Positions 8,473-17,439 of a stretch of 20,000 bases of DNA are shown here, piece after piece. How positions within the stretch are numbered: position 1 is the first letter of the stretch; the number at the start of each line of letters is the position of its first letter. The DNA comes from an uncultured virus (IMG/VR IMGVR_UViG_3300032292_000851) (Duplodnaviria; Heunggongvirae; Uroviricota; Caudoviricetes), in the IMG/VR virus record IMGVR_UViG_3300032292_000851; one strand, 5' to 3'. The translations under genes were made by a program, and so were the position numbers. Below the pieces are notes generated by a model, which made no database searches, had not been told where the DNA came from, and saw only the letters and a program-made list of their open reading frames with translations.

Positions 8473-9447
8473 TTATAGAAAATCAATATTATTAAGTTTA
8501 TTTAAATTATACTTAAACTTGGTGTTATTAAGTATTTTACTAATCATTTCTAATTTAACTTCATAAATTCTTTCATATGAGTTTACTTTAAACTTAGAAT
8601 TTTCATAATCTACTTCAACCACATCACCAGTTATTGTAATCATATGGTTTGTAAATTCATCAAGCCATTGAAATTCAATTTCAGTACCTTCATAAATATT
8701 TCTATTTGTAATTTCTTTAGAATTATTATTTTTACCAATATGGTCTTGTAATTCTAAAATTATAAGATTTCTCCATTTTTTATCCAATAATTTAAACATG
8801 TTGAATAAATTATCAGAAAAATAAACAGCTAATTCATTAAACAATTCTACATTAGTAAAACTTTCACTTTGAAGATTATCTTTCAAAATATTGTAGTATT
8901 GATTAAAGTCTGTTCTAGAAGGTTTTCTACGATTGTTCAAGAAATTAATTGATGTATTTTTTTCAAGAACTTCATATACTCTTTCTTTTACTTGTTTAGA
9001 CCTTATGTATTTTTCATTATCAATTGATTCAAAATAGTAGTTAGAAGATCTATCTACTTCAATTGTATCTTTATGATATGTGTCAAAAGAACTTGTACCA
9101 TCTTCTTCATCTAATGGATCTTCTTTTTTACCTTTGAAAATAGAATCATATTTTAATGAGTGTTTACCTTCTAATTTATGTTTAGAAAGAACAACTTCAT
9201 CTGGATCTGGTTCTTCTGTTTTTACTTCCGATTCAGGTTCAATGATATCAAGATCATCTTCATCAATCTCAATAATGATGTCTATATTCTCATCATCATC
9301 ATCAAGACCTAAACCACCACCTTCTTCATCATCAGAATCATTATCATCTGAGTCATCTTCTGGTGCTGATTCTTGTTCAGTTGATTCTTCATCGAATTCA
9401 TTTTCTATATCATCGAATTCTTCATCATCTCTAACTTTTTTAGCCAT
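8473..9447 (-). CDS. Hypothetical protein with long acidic N-terminal region
   Basis: 324-aa ORF between helicase and nrdA; D/E-rich first ~85 aa. Confidence 0.75.
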   Translation of the reverse strand: MAKKVRDDEEFDDIENEFDEESTEQESAPEDDSDDNDSDDEEGGGLGLDDDDENIDIIIEIDEDDLDIIEPESEVKTEEPDPDEVVLSKHKLEGKHSLKYDSIFKGKKEDPLDEEDGTSSFDTYHKDTIEVDRSSNYYFESIDNEKYIRSKQVKERVYEVLEKNTSINFLNNRRKPSRTDFNQYYNILKDNLQSESFTNVELFNELAVYFSDNLFNMFKLLDKKWRNLIILELQDHIGKNNNSKEITNRNIYEGTEIEFQWLDEFTNHMITITGDVVEVDYENSKFKVNSYERIYEVKLEMISKILNNTKFKYNLNKLNNIDFL

Positions 9448-9475
9448 AGAGTTTTTTTAATTTTTTTTAAACCAA

Positions 9476-10810
9476 TTACTGGTCTATAAATTGGTCGTTT
9501 TCTAAAGTCAGATATGTAGAATTCAAATTCAACTTGATTTGAGATTTTAAGAAATCACCATCTCTTTGTTTTAATAATTTGAATCTGTAAATATTCTGCC
9601 TTTTCATTTCTTCTGTTCTTATTATAGCAAAAAATGTATCAGCAGTTTCAGCTATTGCCTTAGATTCTGGAACACTTTCTAATGTAATATCAGCTGAATT
9701 CCAAGCATCCTTAGCCACTTGAACACCGGTAATGACCGGACATTTATATTTAGCACCTAAAGCTCTTAAAGCCTCTGCTAAAAATTTACCTTTTGTATAA
9801 AGGTTATCAGCGGCAGCAACTTTACCAGCTGTAACAAGAGTAATATAATCAACAATAACCAAGTCAATTTTAATATCTTTTTTCTCTTTTAACTTTTGTA
9901 TGTAATTATCAAAGTCATTTACTGTTGCTGTACCAGCCGCCCAAAACTTAGTGTAGATTTTACCAACTTTTCTTTCAAATAAGTCAGCACCACTACCATC
10001 TGGTTTACTAAGATTTTGAATTCTTTTCTTAATCATTTCAGTGTCTTTTGACATTACATCATAATCATTAATAGGAATTCTTAAACGCATAGCACCAATT
10101 CTCTTCATAACTTTTCTTTCACTCATTTCAAGTGTAATATAAAGAACATTGTTACCCATATCTGCTGCCTTAAAAGCAAAATTTTGCATCCAGAGAGACT
10201 TACCGTTATTAGTCTCAGCCATTACAACATTTAATGTGGAAATATCCCAACCACCACCTAACATATGGTCAATAGATTCAAATCCACACTTTACTTTAAA
10301 TTTAGAGGAGTCTTGAACGTGATTTTCAGGATCATCAAAGTCAGAACCCATATCATCGTCTTGTACAAAATTGGTAGATGACATCTCATCAACTATACTT
10401 CTAATTCTATCAGCGGCTTCAACAGCCTTTTCAAAGTCTGAAATAGAGTCAAGATTTCTTGTTTCGTCAATAATATCAACTGTACCCGTTTTCAAACGAT
10501 TGGATAATATCCAAGCATTAAACTTAGGTTCGATAAAGTTCTTCTCATCATATTCTTTAAGATCAACTTGAAGAATAGATTTAAGAATCTCTTTTGTAAT
10601 AACACCTTCTTTATCATCTAAAGAAACCATATCCAAAATCTGACGAGGTGTCGGAGTTTGAGTATCATTACCTTTAATCATATACTCACGAATAATACCA
10701 TATACAAGTTGGATTTCTGAGTTTCTGAAAAAATAGGGTTTTACAATATCGAAGTACTTCTTGTTCTTGAGTATAAAATTAAAGAATACTTTTTCCAGTT
10801 GTGGAGTCAT
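9476..10810 (-). CDS. dnaB: Replicative DNA helicase, DnaB/T4 gp41-like
   Basis: Walker A AETNNGKS, YITLEM, IVDYI, TGVQ, ESKAIAETAD, LKQRDG. Confidence 0.93.
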   Translation of the reverse strand: MTPQLEKVFFNFILKNKKYFDIVKPYFFRNSEIQLVYGIIREYMIKGNDTQTPTPRQILDMVSLDDKEGVITKEILKSILQVDLKEYDEKNFIEPKFNAWILSNRLKTGTVDIIDETRNLDSISDFEKAVEAADRIRSIVDEMSSTNFVQDDDMGSDFDDPENHVQDSSKFKVKCGFESIDHMLGGGWDISTLNVVMAETNNGKSLWMQNFAFKAADMGNNVLYITLEMSERKVMKRIGAMRLRIPINDYDVMSKDTEMIKKRIQNLSKPDGSGADLFERKVGKIYTKFWAAGTATVNDFDNYIQKLKEKKDIKIDLVIVDYITLVTAGKVAAADNLYTKGKFLAEALRALGAKYKCPVITGVQVAKDAWNSADITLESVPESKAIAETADTFFAIIRTEEMKRQNIYRFKLLKQRDGDFLKSQIKLNLNSTYLTLENDQFIDQ

Positions 10811-10867
10811 TTAACCATTTTCATTTTTATATTATATCAAATGAAAGGACTAAGTTTAGATTTAAAC

Positions 10868-11656
10868 TTATTGCTCCTTGATTAAATCACCGTCTTGTTT
10901 CTCTTCTGAGTCTCCAAACGTAGCAAATCTTTGAATAGCAGGAGTTTCTATATCATCTAGAACTTCTTTTGGATTAATAGGAAATTTATTTTTAATTCTG
11001 TTTATAATTTCTACAATACCATGTTTAGCTATAATAGTACCAACACCAACAGCCAATCCTAGAAAATTTTGAGGAAGTGTATCTAGATTCAAATCATATT
11101 TATGTATTATAGACATAACACCATTCAATAAAGGAATTAAAAGTGAAGTATAAGCAAACATATCCACAATACTACCAATAACAGCACCTATATGTTTACC
11201 AATTACCAAAAATATGTTTTTAACAGATTCTAAACTTTTGATTAGTTTTTTAACTATGCCATTTCCAAATCCTTTCATTTTTAACTCTTCTAACATAGAT
11301 TTAGAATCTTTTGTTAGTTGGTCTTCTTCTTCAGCAGATTTGAATTTTTTCTCTTGTAAATATGCTATAGTAACAGAAGATAATGTTAATAGAACAATTG
11401 ATTCAGGCGTAAGAATAAATGAATCAAGATTCATATTTTCCATTAATCCTTGAACAACAGGATAAAGAGCACCAATACCGGCACCAAATGTGGTAACTAA
11501 ACTAACATTTAACTTTAAGTCTGAAATTACTTTTTTAGCGACTTTTTGATATGATGTATCACCATCTGATTCTTTAACCATTTTATCAAATGAGTTTAAG
11601 AATTCTTCAGCCATTTCATTTTGTAGTGTATAGTCAGTATATCTTTGAATCTTCAT
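10868..11656 (-). CDS. Hypothetical membrane protein with capsid-targeting-like N-terminus
   Basis: MKIQRYTDY..NE start; several hydrophobic Gly-rich helices; AATATATA at 11664-11671. Confidence 0.7.
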   Translation of the reverse strand: MKIQRYTDYTLQNEMAEEFLNSFDKMVKESDGDTSYQKVAKKVISDLKLNVSLVTTFGAGIGALYPVVQGLMENMNLDSFILTPESIVLLTLSSVTIAYLQEKKFKSAEEEDQLTKDSKSMLEELKMKGFGNGIVKKLIKSLESVKNIFLVIGKHIGAVIGSIVDMFAYTSLLIPLLNGVMSIIHKYDLNLDTLPQNFLGLAVGVGTIIAKHGIVEIINRIKNKFPINPKEVLDDIETPAIQRFATFGDSEEKQDGDLIKEQ

Positions 11657-11786
11657 ATTAAAGTATATATTATTTATTTACCATCATTTTTCTTAAAGTT
11701 TCAAAATATTTTCAAGAAACTAAGAAAAATAGGTTATTTGATGTTTTGTAATTAATATATAAGTTATAAAAAATTATTGTGCTAAA

Positions 11787-12320
11787 ATGAAATACTTAAA
11801 AAAATTCGAAAACTTCACAGGTCATGACCTAGGTAGATTCTCTGAAGAAGAGGAAAATAAAAATCTTATGACTAATCCTGCTGAAAATCAGCAAGCTTTT
11901 GATCAAGAAGAAGAAGAAATTTTCAACTCTGAAGAAGAGGAAGAAGAATTAGAAGAAAGAGAAGAATCTGAAGAAGAAGATACTTACGAAGATGAAAGAG
12001 AAGAAGAAAGAGGTAGAGTTTGGGGTGACGAAGTAGTTGAGAGAAAAAAAATCAACGCTGGCTTTCAAGCTTACTTAGATAAAAAAGCTGGTAAAAAAGC
12101 TGATAAGAAAGAAGATAAAGAAGAAAAAGGTGACAAAAAAGCTAAACCTGACTTTTTAGACTTAGACAAAGATGGTAACAAAAAAGAATCTATGAAAAAA
12201 GCGGCTAAAGACGCTAAAGAAGATAAGAAAGATGACAAGAAGGAAACTAAAGGTTTATCTAAAGCACAATCTAAATTACCTGAAGGATTAAGAAAAGCAA
12301 TTGAAGCAAAAAAGAAATAA
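11787..12320 (+). CDS. Highly charged protein (acidic N-half, basic C-half), possible head/core protein
   Basis: MKYLKKFENF start; Glu tracts; KPDFLDLDKDGNKKESMKKAAKD with a DxDxDG loop; AATATATA at 11754-11761. Confidence 0.7.
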   Translation: MKYLKKFENFTGHDLGRFSEEEENKNLMTNPAENQQAFDQEEEEIFNSEEEEEELEEREESEEEDTYEDEREEERGRVWGDEVVERKKINAGFQAYLDKKAGKKADKKEDKEEKGDKKAKPDFLDLDKDGNKKESMKKAAKDAKEDKKDDKKETKGLSKAQSKLPEGLRKAIEAKKK

Positions 12321-12341
12321 TTTTTAAATTTAATATAAAAC

Positions 12342-12371
12342 AAAAAACCCACTCAAATGAGTGGGTTTTTT
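12342..12371. terminator. Bidirectional intrinsic terminator
   Basis: AAAAAACCCACTCA-AA-TGAGTGGGTTTTTT between convergent genes. Confidence 0.9.
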
Positions 12372-14038
12372 TATGCGTTAATGTTAACGTTTATCTTTTT
12401 AATAGCCTCTTGAATCCAATCCGGTATAAAGTGTGAACTGTGTTTAATAACATCACCAAATGAACCATCTAAGATAATAGTATCAGCATAATCAATTTCT
12501 GAACGAACTGGTCTACCTGACATCTGAACTAAACCAGAAACTGTTTTCCAAGCATACCAATCAGGATTATTTGATTGTCTCAATTTATTCTTTTGAGAAC
12601 CTAAAGAAGGATAAGGAACTTTAGCAATAATTTGAAAACGAGCATCATCATTATCAAAAGAAACTCCAGTATCCATAGAAGGAGAAACAATAACTGTTGG
12701 TTCTTCTGATTCCTTATGAAGTTTCAACATTTCATCTTTATTAGAAGAGTCGTGAAATATCAATCTTGGATCTCGAATTGATTGTTCAATCCATTTAGCT
12801 AATTCAAATGAGTTAGTATGAATGATACCTTTCTTATTTTTATACTTATCTAATAACTTCTTAATATAAGGAATATACTTCTTAAATGTTTCTTCTTTAG
12901 ATTTATAAGACATCTTACCTAAAGGCATATAAAAGATAGGTCGATTCTTAGGATTAAACGGTGAGCGAATTGAGTAGTAAACAGCTTTAGCTACGTCTAA
13001 ACCATTTAACTGACAGAATAGGTTCTTATCTAAAATAGTACCTGACATAAGAATAACCATATCATAATTACTAAAAACATACTTATCTAAGTAATCATAA
13101 GCCCAAATAGGCTCCAAAGACAATTCTTTTTGTTTTAACTTCTCATTATAATAAGTTTCTAATACCCAGTTGTTAGGATTTTCTTTATACTCTTTTAAGA
13201 AGATTTCAATTTTTAATTGTAACTGTCTTAAATCAGTAGCCAATTGCATAGTTTTAACATCAGAGTTTTTACCACCAATAAGTTTATTGATTTTTAAGTC
13301 TCTTTTATCTTGTTTAACATTTCTTGGAGAAGTTGACATTCCTTTTTCCATAGATTCAAGTGTCGTTAAAACTTCACCATTAAGATATTTCAAAAAGTCA
13401 ACATAATTTGAAATAGAAGTAACGGCTTTAAGTTGTTTCATAATAGAATACTCATCAGTAAACTTAAATCTTTTAACCATATTTTCAGTTACTTTAATAG
13501 TGATAAAGTCAGACATAACATCATCAAACTCATGAGCTTCATCGACAATAAGAACTCTTGAATCTCTACTTTCTAATAATTTTGGATTATAGATAGCATA
13601 AAGAATGTATAAGTAAAAATTAGTAAGTGATATATTACCACTGATAAAAGATTCTTTAGCAGAAGTATAAGGACAAGATTCACAAGATGTTTTATTTAAA
13701 CGATTAAATTCAGCACCTTGAGCACAAGAACAAGAGTATTGTTCACATTCATAATTATCTTTACCTTTCAAATCAGAAATAGATTCATATTCGTTTGAAT
13801 ATTGGTCTTGAAGAAGTTTACTATTAGTAATGATATCAACTTTAGCAAGTTTATTAACATTCTTTTTATACCAATCAGCAATCATTAAAGCTAAGTGAGA
13901 TTTACCAGAACCAACTGGAAGATTTAGTAAGAAAAATTTATTCAATTTATTCTTTTGATATTCAGCTTCTATAAAATTAAGAGCTTCTTTTTGTTCCTTT
14001 CTAGGCTTGTATTTGGCAAGATCCGTTTTTAATGACAT
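12371..14038 (-). CDS. DinG/XPD(Rad3)-family SF2 helicase
   Basis: Q motif PRKEQ, PVGSGKS, Cys cluster (LKGKDNYEC..C.C...CESCPY), DEAH, MSGT, GVSF, KVPYP, QMSGRPVR. Confidence 0.9.
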   Translation of the reverse strand: MSLKTDLAKYKPRKEQKEALNFIEAEYQKNKLNKFFLLNLPVGSGKSHLALMIADWYKKNVNKLAKVDIITNSKLLQDQYSNEYESISDLKGKDNYECEQYSCSCAQGAEFNRLNKTSCESCPYTSAKESFISGNISLTNFYLYILYAIYNPKLLESRDSRVLIVDEAHEFDDVMSDFITIKVTENMVKRFKFTDEYSIMKQLKAVTSISNYVDFLKYLNGEVLTTLESMEKGMSTSPRNVKQDKRDLKINKLIGGKNSDVKTMQLATDLRQLQLKIEIFLKEYKENPNNWVLETYYNEKLKQKELSLEPIWAYDYLDKYVFSNYDMVILMSGTILDKNLFCQLNGLDVAKAVYYSIRSPFNPKNRPIFYMPLGKMSYKSKEETFKKYIPYIKKLLDKYKNKKGIIHTNSFELAKWIEQSIRDPRLIFHDSSNKDEMLKLHKESEEPTVIVSPSMDTGVSFDNDDARFQIIAKVPYPSLGSQKNKLRQSNNPDWYAWKTVSGLVQMSGRPVRSEIDYADTIILDGSFGDVIKHSSHFIPDWIQEAIKKINVNINA

Positions 14039-14148
14039 ACTTTTTTAATCTTTTTGTAAAATTTATATGATTTTTTTGATAAATGTTTGAAAAATCTAAA
14101 TTTTTGGCGATTTTTCGTAATATATAGAATAAATTACCTTCCTTTATT

Positions 14149-14334
14149 ATGCTATTAGTACCTGATTATGACGAATTTAACATCTATACATCTGTTGATG
14201 ATATAGAAACTTATGTACACCAACTTTTTTCGCAAGGATATGAGTTGAAAGAAGAAATATATACACTATGTCTTAAACACTTTGGAAAAGAGTTTCAAGA
14301 TATTATAGATATATTTTTTGAATATGAAGATTAA
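14149..14334 (+). CDS. Small hypothetical protein, 61 aa
   Basis: Follows AATATATA at 14119-14126 and overlaps the start of the next gene. Confidence 0.6.
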   Translation: MLLVPDYDEFNIYTSVDDIETYVHQLFSQGYELKEEIYTLCLKHFGKEFQDIIDIFFEYED

Positions 14335-14968
14335 AAACTACAATGAATTTACAAGCGAGAATGTGCTTTACATTTTTGACTTTGATGACACGCTTGTGAA
14401 TTCGCCAAGTTTTGATGAATTAGCTATAAATTATCTAAAGGAAGATATAACAATCAAAGACTTATTAAATCAATCTATAAATAGAGTAGGCGTTACATTA
14501 GACGACCTAAAATGGCAAGATGGTAGAATCTATGTACTTGACCCTAATAAAGAGCTTAAAGAGTTCGGTAACTGGGTTAGAAAAGGAGATAGATTATATA
14601 TGTTCACTCCAAATGCTTTTCACTTATCAGATTTAAGTCTACCAAGTACATTAAAAGATCTTTCAGAATTATACAAATCAGTTGAAAATAAATGTATAGT
14701 AACAGCTAGAGAAGAATCACTAAGAAATAAGATAACTAGAACATTATTAGACTTAGGATTAGAATTACCTAAATACGGTTTACATATGGCTCCAAATGGA
14801 ACAAAAAATTCTGGACATTGGAAAGGTGAAAGAATAGTAGAAATAATAAATGAAACAGGATTTCAAAAAGCTATCTTCTATGATGACAATGCTAAATATA
14901 TTAAAAGAGCTACTAAAGTAGTTCGAGAAAAATTACCTAACTTTGATTTCACACCTGTTAAGGTATAA
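14324..14968 (+). CDS. HAD-superfamily phosphatase, resembling RNA-repair/PNKP-type HAD domains
   Basis: YIFDFDDTLVNSP (motif I), VTAR (II), K (III), FYDD (IV); ATG at 14324. Confidence 0.8.
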   Translation: MKIKNYNEFTSENVLYIFDFDDTLVNSPSFDELAINYLKEDITIKDLLNQSINRVGVTLDDLKWQDGRIYVLDPNKELKEFGNWVRKGDRLYMFTPNAFHLSDLSLPSTLKDLSELYKSVENKCIVTAREESLRNKITRTLLDLGLELPKYGLHMAPNGTKNSGHWKGERIVEIINETGFQKAIFYDDNAKYIKRATKVVREKLPNFDFTPVKV

Positions 14969-14970
14969 AA

Positions 14971-14994
14971 AAACCTCTGATTTCTCAGAGGTTT
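14971..14994. terminator. Bidirectional intrinsic terminator
   Basis: AAACCTCTGA-TTTC-TCAGAGGTTT between convergent genes. Confidence 0.85.
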
Positions 14995-14999
14995 CTTTT

Positions 15000-17390
15000 T
15001 TACATATCTTTGAATTTGTAAATTTTACTTTCTTTAACTTCGTCTTTCTTTTCTTTGAAGTAACTCATAATTTGTTTGAATGACTTATTAAAATCTTGTA
15101 AGTCAGCACCAAACTCACCCATTCCACCATAGAATCCTTCACCTTCAAATTGTAAAGATCTTTTTGTAAATCTCGCCATTTTTTCAGCTACTACTTGACG
15201 TTTACCTTTGTTAGATATAACATCAACACTTTCTTTATACAAAGGAGCAAAATCTCCCAAAGTGCTAGCCTTTTTACCATATAAATAATCATAAACTTCA
15301 GCGTATAATTCTTTAACTGGAGCTTTAGTTTCAGAATCCATTTTCTTGTCTAGTATAGCTTGTATAAAATCTTCAGTTATTCCAACTCCTTTATCTTTCT
15401 CATCAACAATACTTTTAAGAGATTTTCTAATATTAGAAACTGCTTGTGTTAAATAATCTTCACCTTTAGCTACTTCAACATTTCTTTGAGTACCAATTTT
15501 TTTATCTTCTAATACGATATCATCAAACTTACTAATTGAGATTGACTCTTTAACTGGACTTAATTGGTCAAAATTAACAGCCATTTCTGGAGAACTAGCA
15601 GTATATTCACCTTTTTTATCTTTGAAGATAACAGATGCTTTTCCTTTAGATAAAGTTGTTTGTTTCACATCATCTTTAGTTAACCAAGTTCTATCTTTAC
15701 CAACTGTTGTATCGTGTGTTAATGAAATAACTTTAACTTTTTTCTTATCTCCTTTTTTATTTGTAAAGTAATACTCTTTACCAATTTTAATATTACCAGC
15801 ACCTTTATCACCACCTTCACCTTCTAGTTTAACACCAGCAGAAGTAATAATTAAACTTTTTAATTGAGTAAGGTTTTTAATCATTAAAGGATAAATTGAC
15901 TTTTCAGTTGGAACATCAGTAGTATTTATTTCTTCATCTTTTACAGTTCCTTCTTCTTCACCTTTAGATTTATTTTTATCTGTTATTTTAACTAAAACTA
16001 ATGATTGTAATAAATCGTTAAGAGTTTTAGCTCTTGATTGTCTTTGTCCTTTTTCTCTTAATAATTTAACAACAGCACCGGCACCAATAAGAGCAATACC
16101 TAAAGCTGAAAGAACAGGAGCTATTGAAATTAAATAACTACCAGCAGCAGATGTTGTAGTTGTTGTAAAACCAGCTCTAATTAAAACTTTTTTAGTTTGA
16201 GTATAAACTTGTTTAGCAATAAAACTTTTAGCACCACCATTTTGGTTCATTAAAACGTTATCTCCCCAAGTTCCTTCAAGATGATTAAAAATATCACCAA
16301 CTGTTTTATTTGCTGGATTTGCTAATTGACTAGTAATATCAGCAACAGAAGAAGCTTTTCCGCCACCTCCTAAGAAGCTCGACATAGCTTCAATACCTTT
16401 TGCCTGATCACCACCACCATAGAAACTGAAAGCGTCTTTTAAGTTACCAACTGGTTGATTGAAATTCAATGATTTACCAGTAGCATCCATAAATCCATTA
16501 TTTTGAATAGTATATGACCATCCTTTTGGATCTACTTTAAGATTATTCTCAACAGTAGTTGTAAATGTTTTCTCACCAAACTGAGCAGGGTGTTTAATTG
16601 TTGTAGTAATTAAGTCTTTAAACCATTGAGTTTGAGCAATCCAACCAATAGCACCTAAAGCACCACCAACTCCAGCTAAAATTAAAGGAAGTTTATTAGA
16701 TTTAAGGGTTTTCATTCTCTCACTATCAACAACGTTGTCGTCTCCAGCACCTTGTAACTTAGCAGATTGTCTGTTTCCAGCTTTTCTAGCTTCTGAATCT
16801 TCATCTTTTTTACCAAAAAGAGCATCCATAGCTTTGTCTTTTAACTGACCTAACTTCTTTAAGAACTCCTCATTAATAGGCTCATTTTCTAAATTAAATA
16901 TTTCTTCAAAAAGTAATTCTTCTTTGTTTAAATCAATAGAATTATTAGAATCCATCACAGAATAAACCGCCGCTAAATCAGTATCTAATGCTTTTTTAAC
17001 AACCTTTCTTGTATTCTCAATAAGTTTATTAGCAACTTCTGGATCTAAATATCCTTCTTCCTCTGGACTTTTTTCAGCGGCAGCAACAATAGAGTCATAG
17101 AATTGACCATACATTAAAACACCTCTTAAAAAAGCAACTCTACTTTTATCATTGGGCCACTCAGGTGATTTTTCTTTTACTTTATCATAAACAGCACTAA
17201 GAGCAGCATTAGTAGTATTACCCATAATTCTACCAATTTCTTCAGCGGCTTTTTTATCAGTTTCGCCTTTACCAAAGATTTTACCATTAGCTTTATATCT
17301 ACCTAGTTTACTAAGACCGTATTTTATATTACCCCAAAGATTTTCTTCTTCGTTAAGATATTCAAAATCAGAAAACTTTTTAATTTCCAT
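15000..17390 (-). CDS. Large hypothetical protein with two hydrophobic helices; candidate internal virion/ejection protein
   Basis: MEIKKFSDFEYLNEE start; LILAGVGGALGAIGWIA and IAPVLSALGIALIGAGAVV; AATATATA at 17411-17418. Confidence 0.7.
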   Translation of the reverse strand: MEIKKFSDFEYLNEEENLWGNIKYGLSKLGRYKANGKIFGKGETDKKAAEEIGRIMGNTTNAALSAVYDKVKEKSPEWPNDKSRVAFLRGVLMYGQFYDSIVAAAEKSPEEEGYLDPEVANKLIENTRKVVKKALDTDLAAVYSVMDSNNSIDLNKEELLFEEIFNLENEPINEEFLKKLGQLKDKAMDALFGKKDEDSEARKAGNRQSAKLQGAGDDNVVDSERMKTLKSNKLPLILAGVGGALGAIGWIAQTQWFKDLITTTIKHPAQFGEKTFTTTVENNLKVDPKGWSYTIQNNGFMDATGKSLNFNQPVGNLKDAFSFYGGGDQAKGIEAMSSFLGGGGKASSVADITSQLANPANKTVGDIFNHLEGTWGDNVLMNQNGGAKSFIAKQVYTQTKKVLIRAGFTTTTTSAAGSYLISIAPVLSALGIALIGAGAVVKLLREKGQRQSRAKTLNDLLQSLVLVKITDKNKSKGEEEGTVKDEEINTTDVPTEKSIYPLMIKNLTQLKSLIITSAGVKLEGEGGDKGAGNIKIGKEYYFTNKKGDKKKVKVISLTHDTTVGKDRTWLTKDDVKQTTLSKGKASVIFKDKKGEYTASSPEMAVNFDQLSPVKESISISKFDDIVLEDKKIGTQRNVEVAKGEDYLTQAVSNIRKSLKSIVDEKDKGVGITEDFIQAILDKKMDSETKAPVKELYAEVYDYLYGKKASTLGDFAPLYKESVDVISNKGKRQVVAEKMARFTKRSLQFEGEGFYGGMGEFGADLQDFNKSFKQIMSYFKEKKDEVKESKIYKFKDM

Positions 17391-17439
17391 AAAAATATTT
17401 TATTTTTCTATATATATTAAAAAGTAAAATCTATTTTTG

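Noticed and set aside
9080..9460. Ser-rich 126-aa ORF on the plus strand
   Set aside because: Antisense shadow of Asp/Glu codons in the real minus-strand gene
10195..10225. Atypical helicase Walker A (AETNNGKS) as a sign of inactivation
   Set aside because: GKS and the other SF4 motifs are intact, and this position varies in gp41/DnaB homologues
12071..12352. Phe/Leu/Ser-rich 93-aa ORF on the minus strand
   Set aside because: Antisense shadow of a Lys/Glu-rich gene
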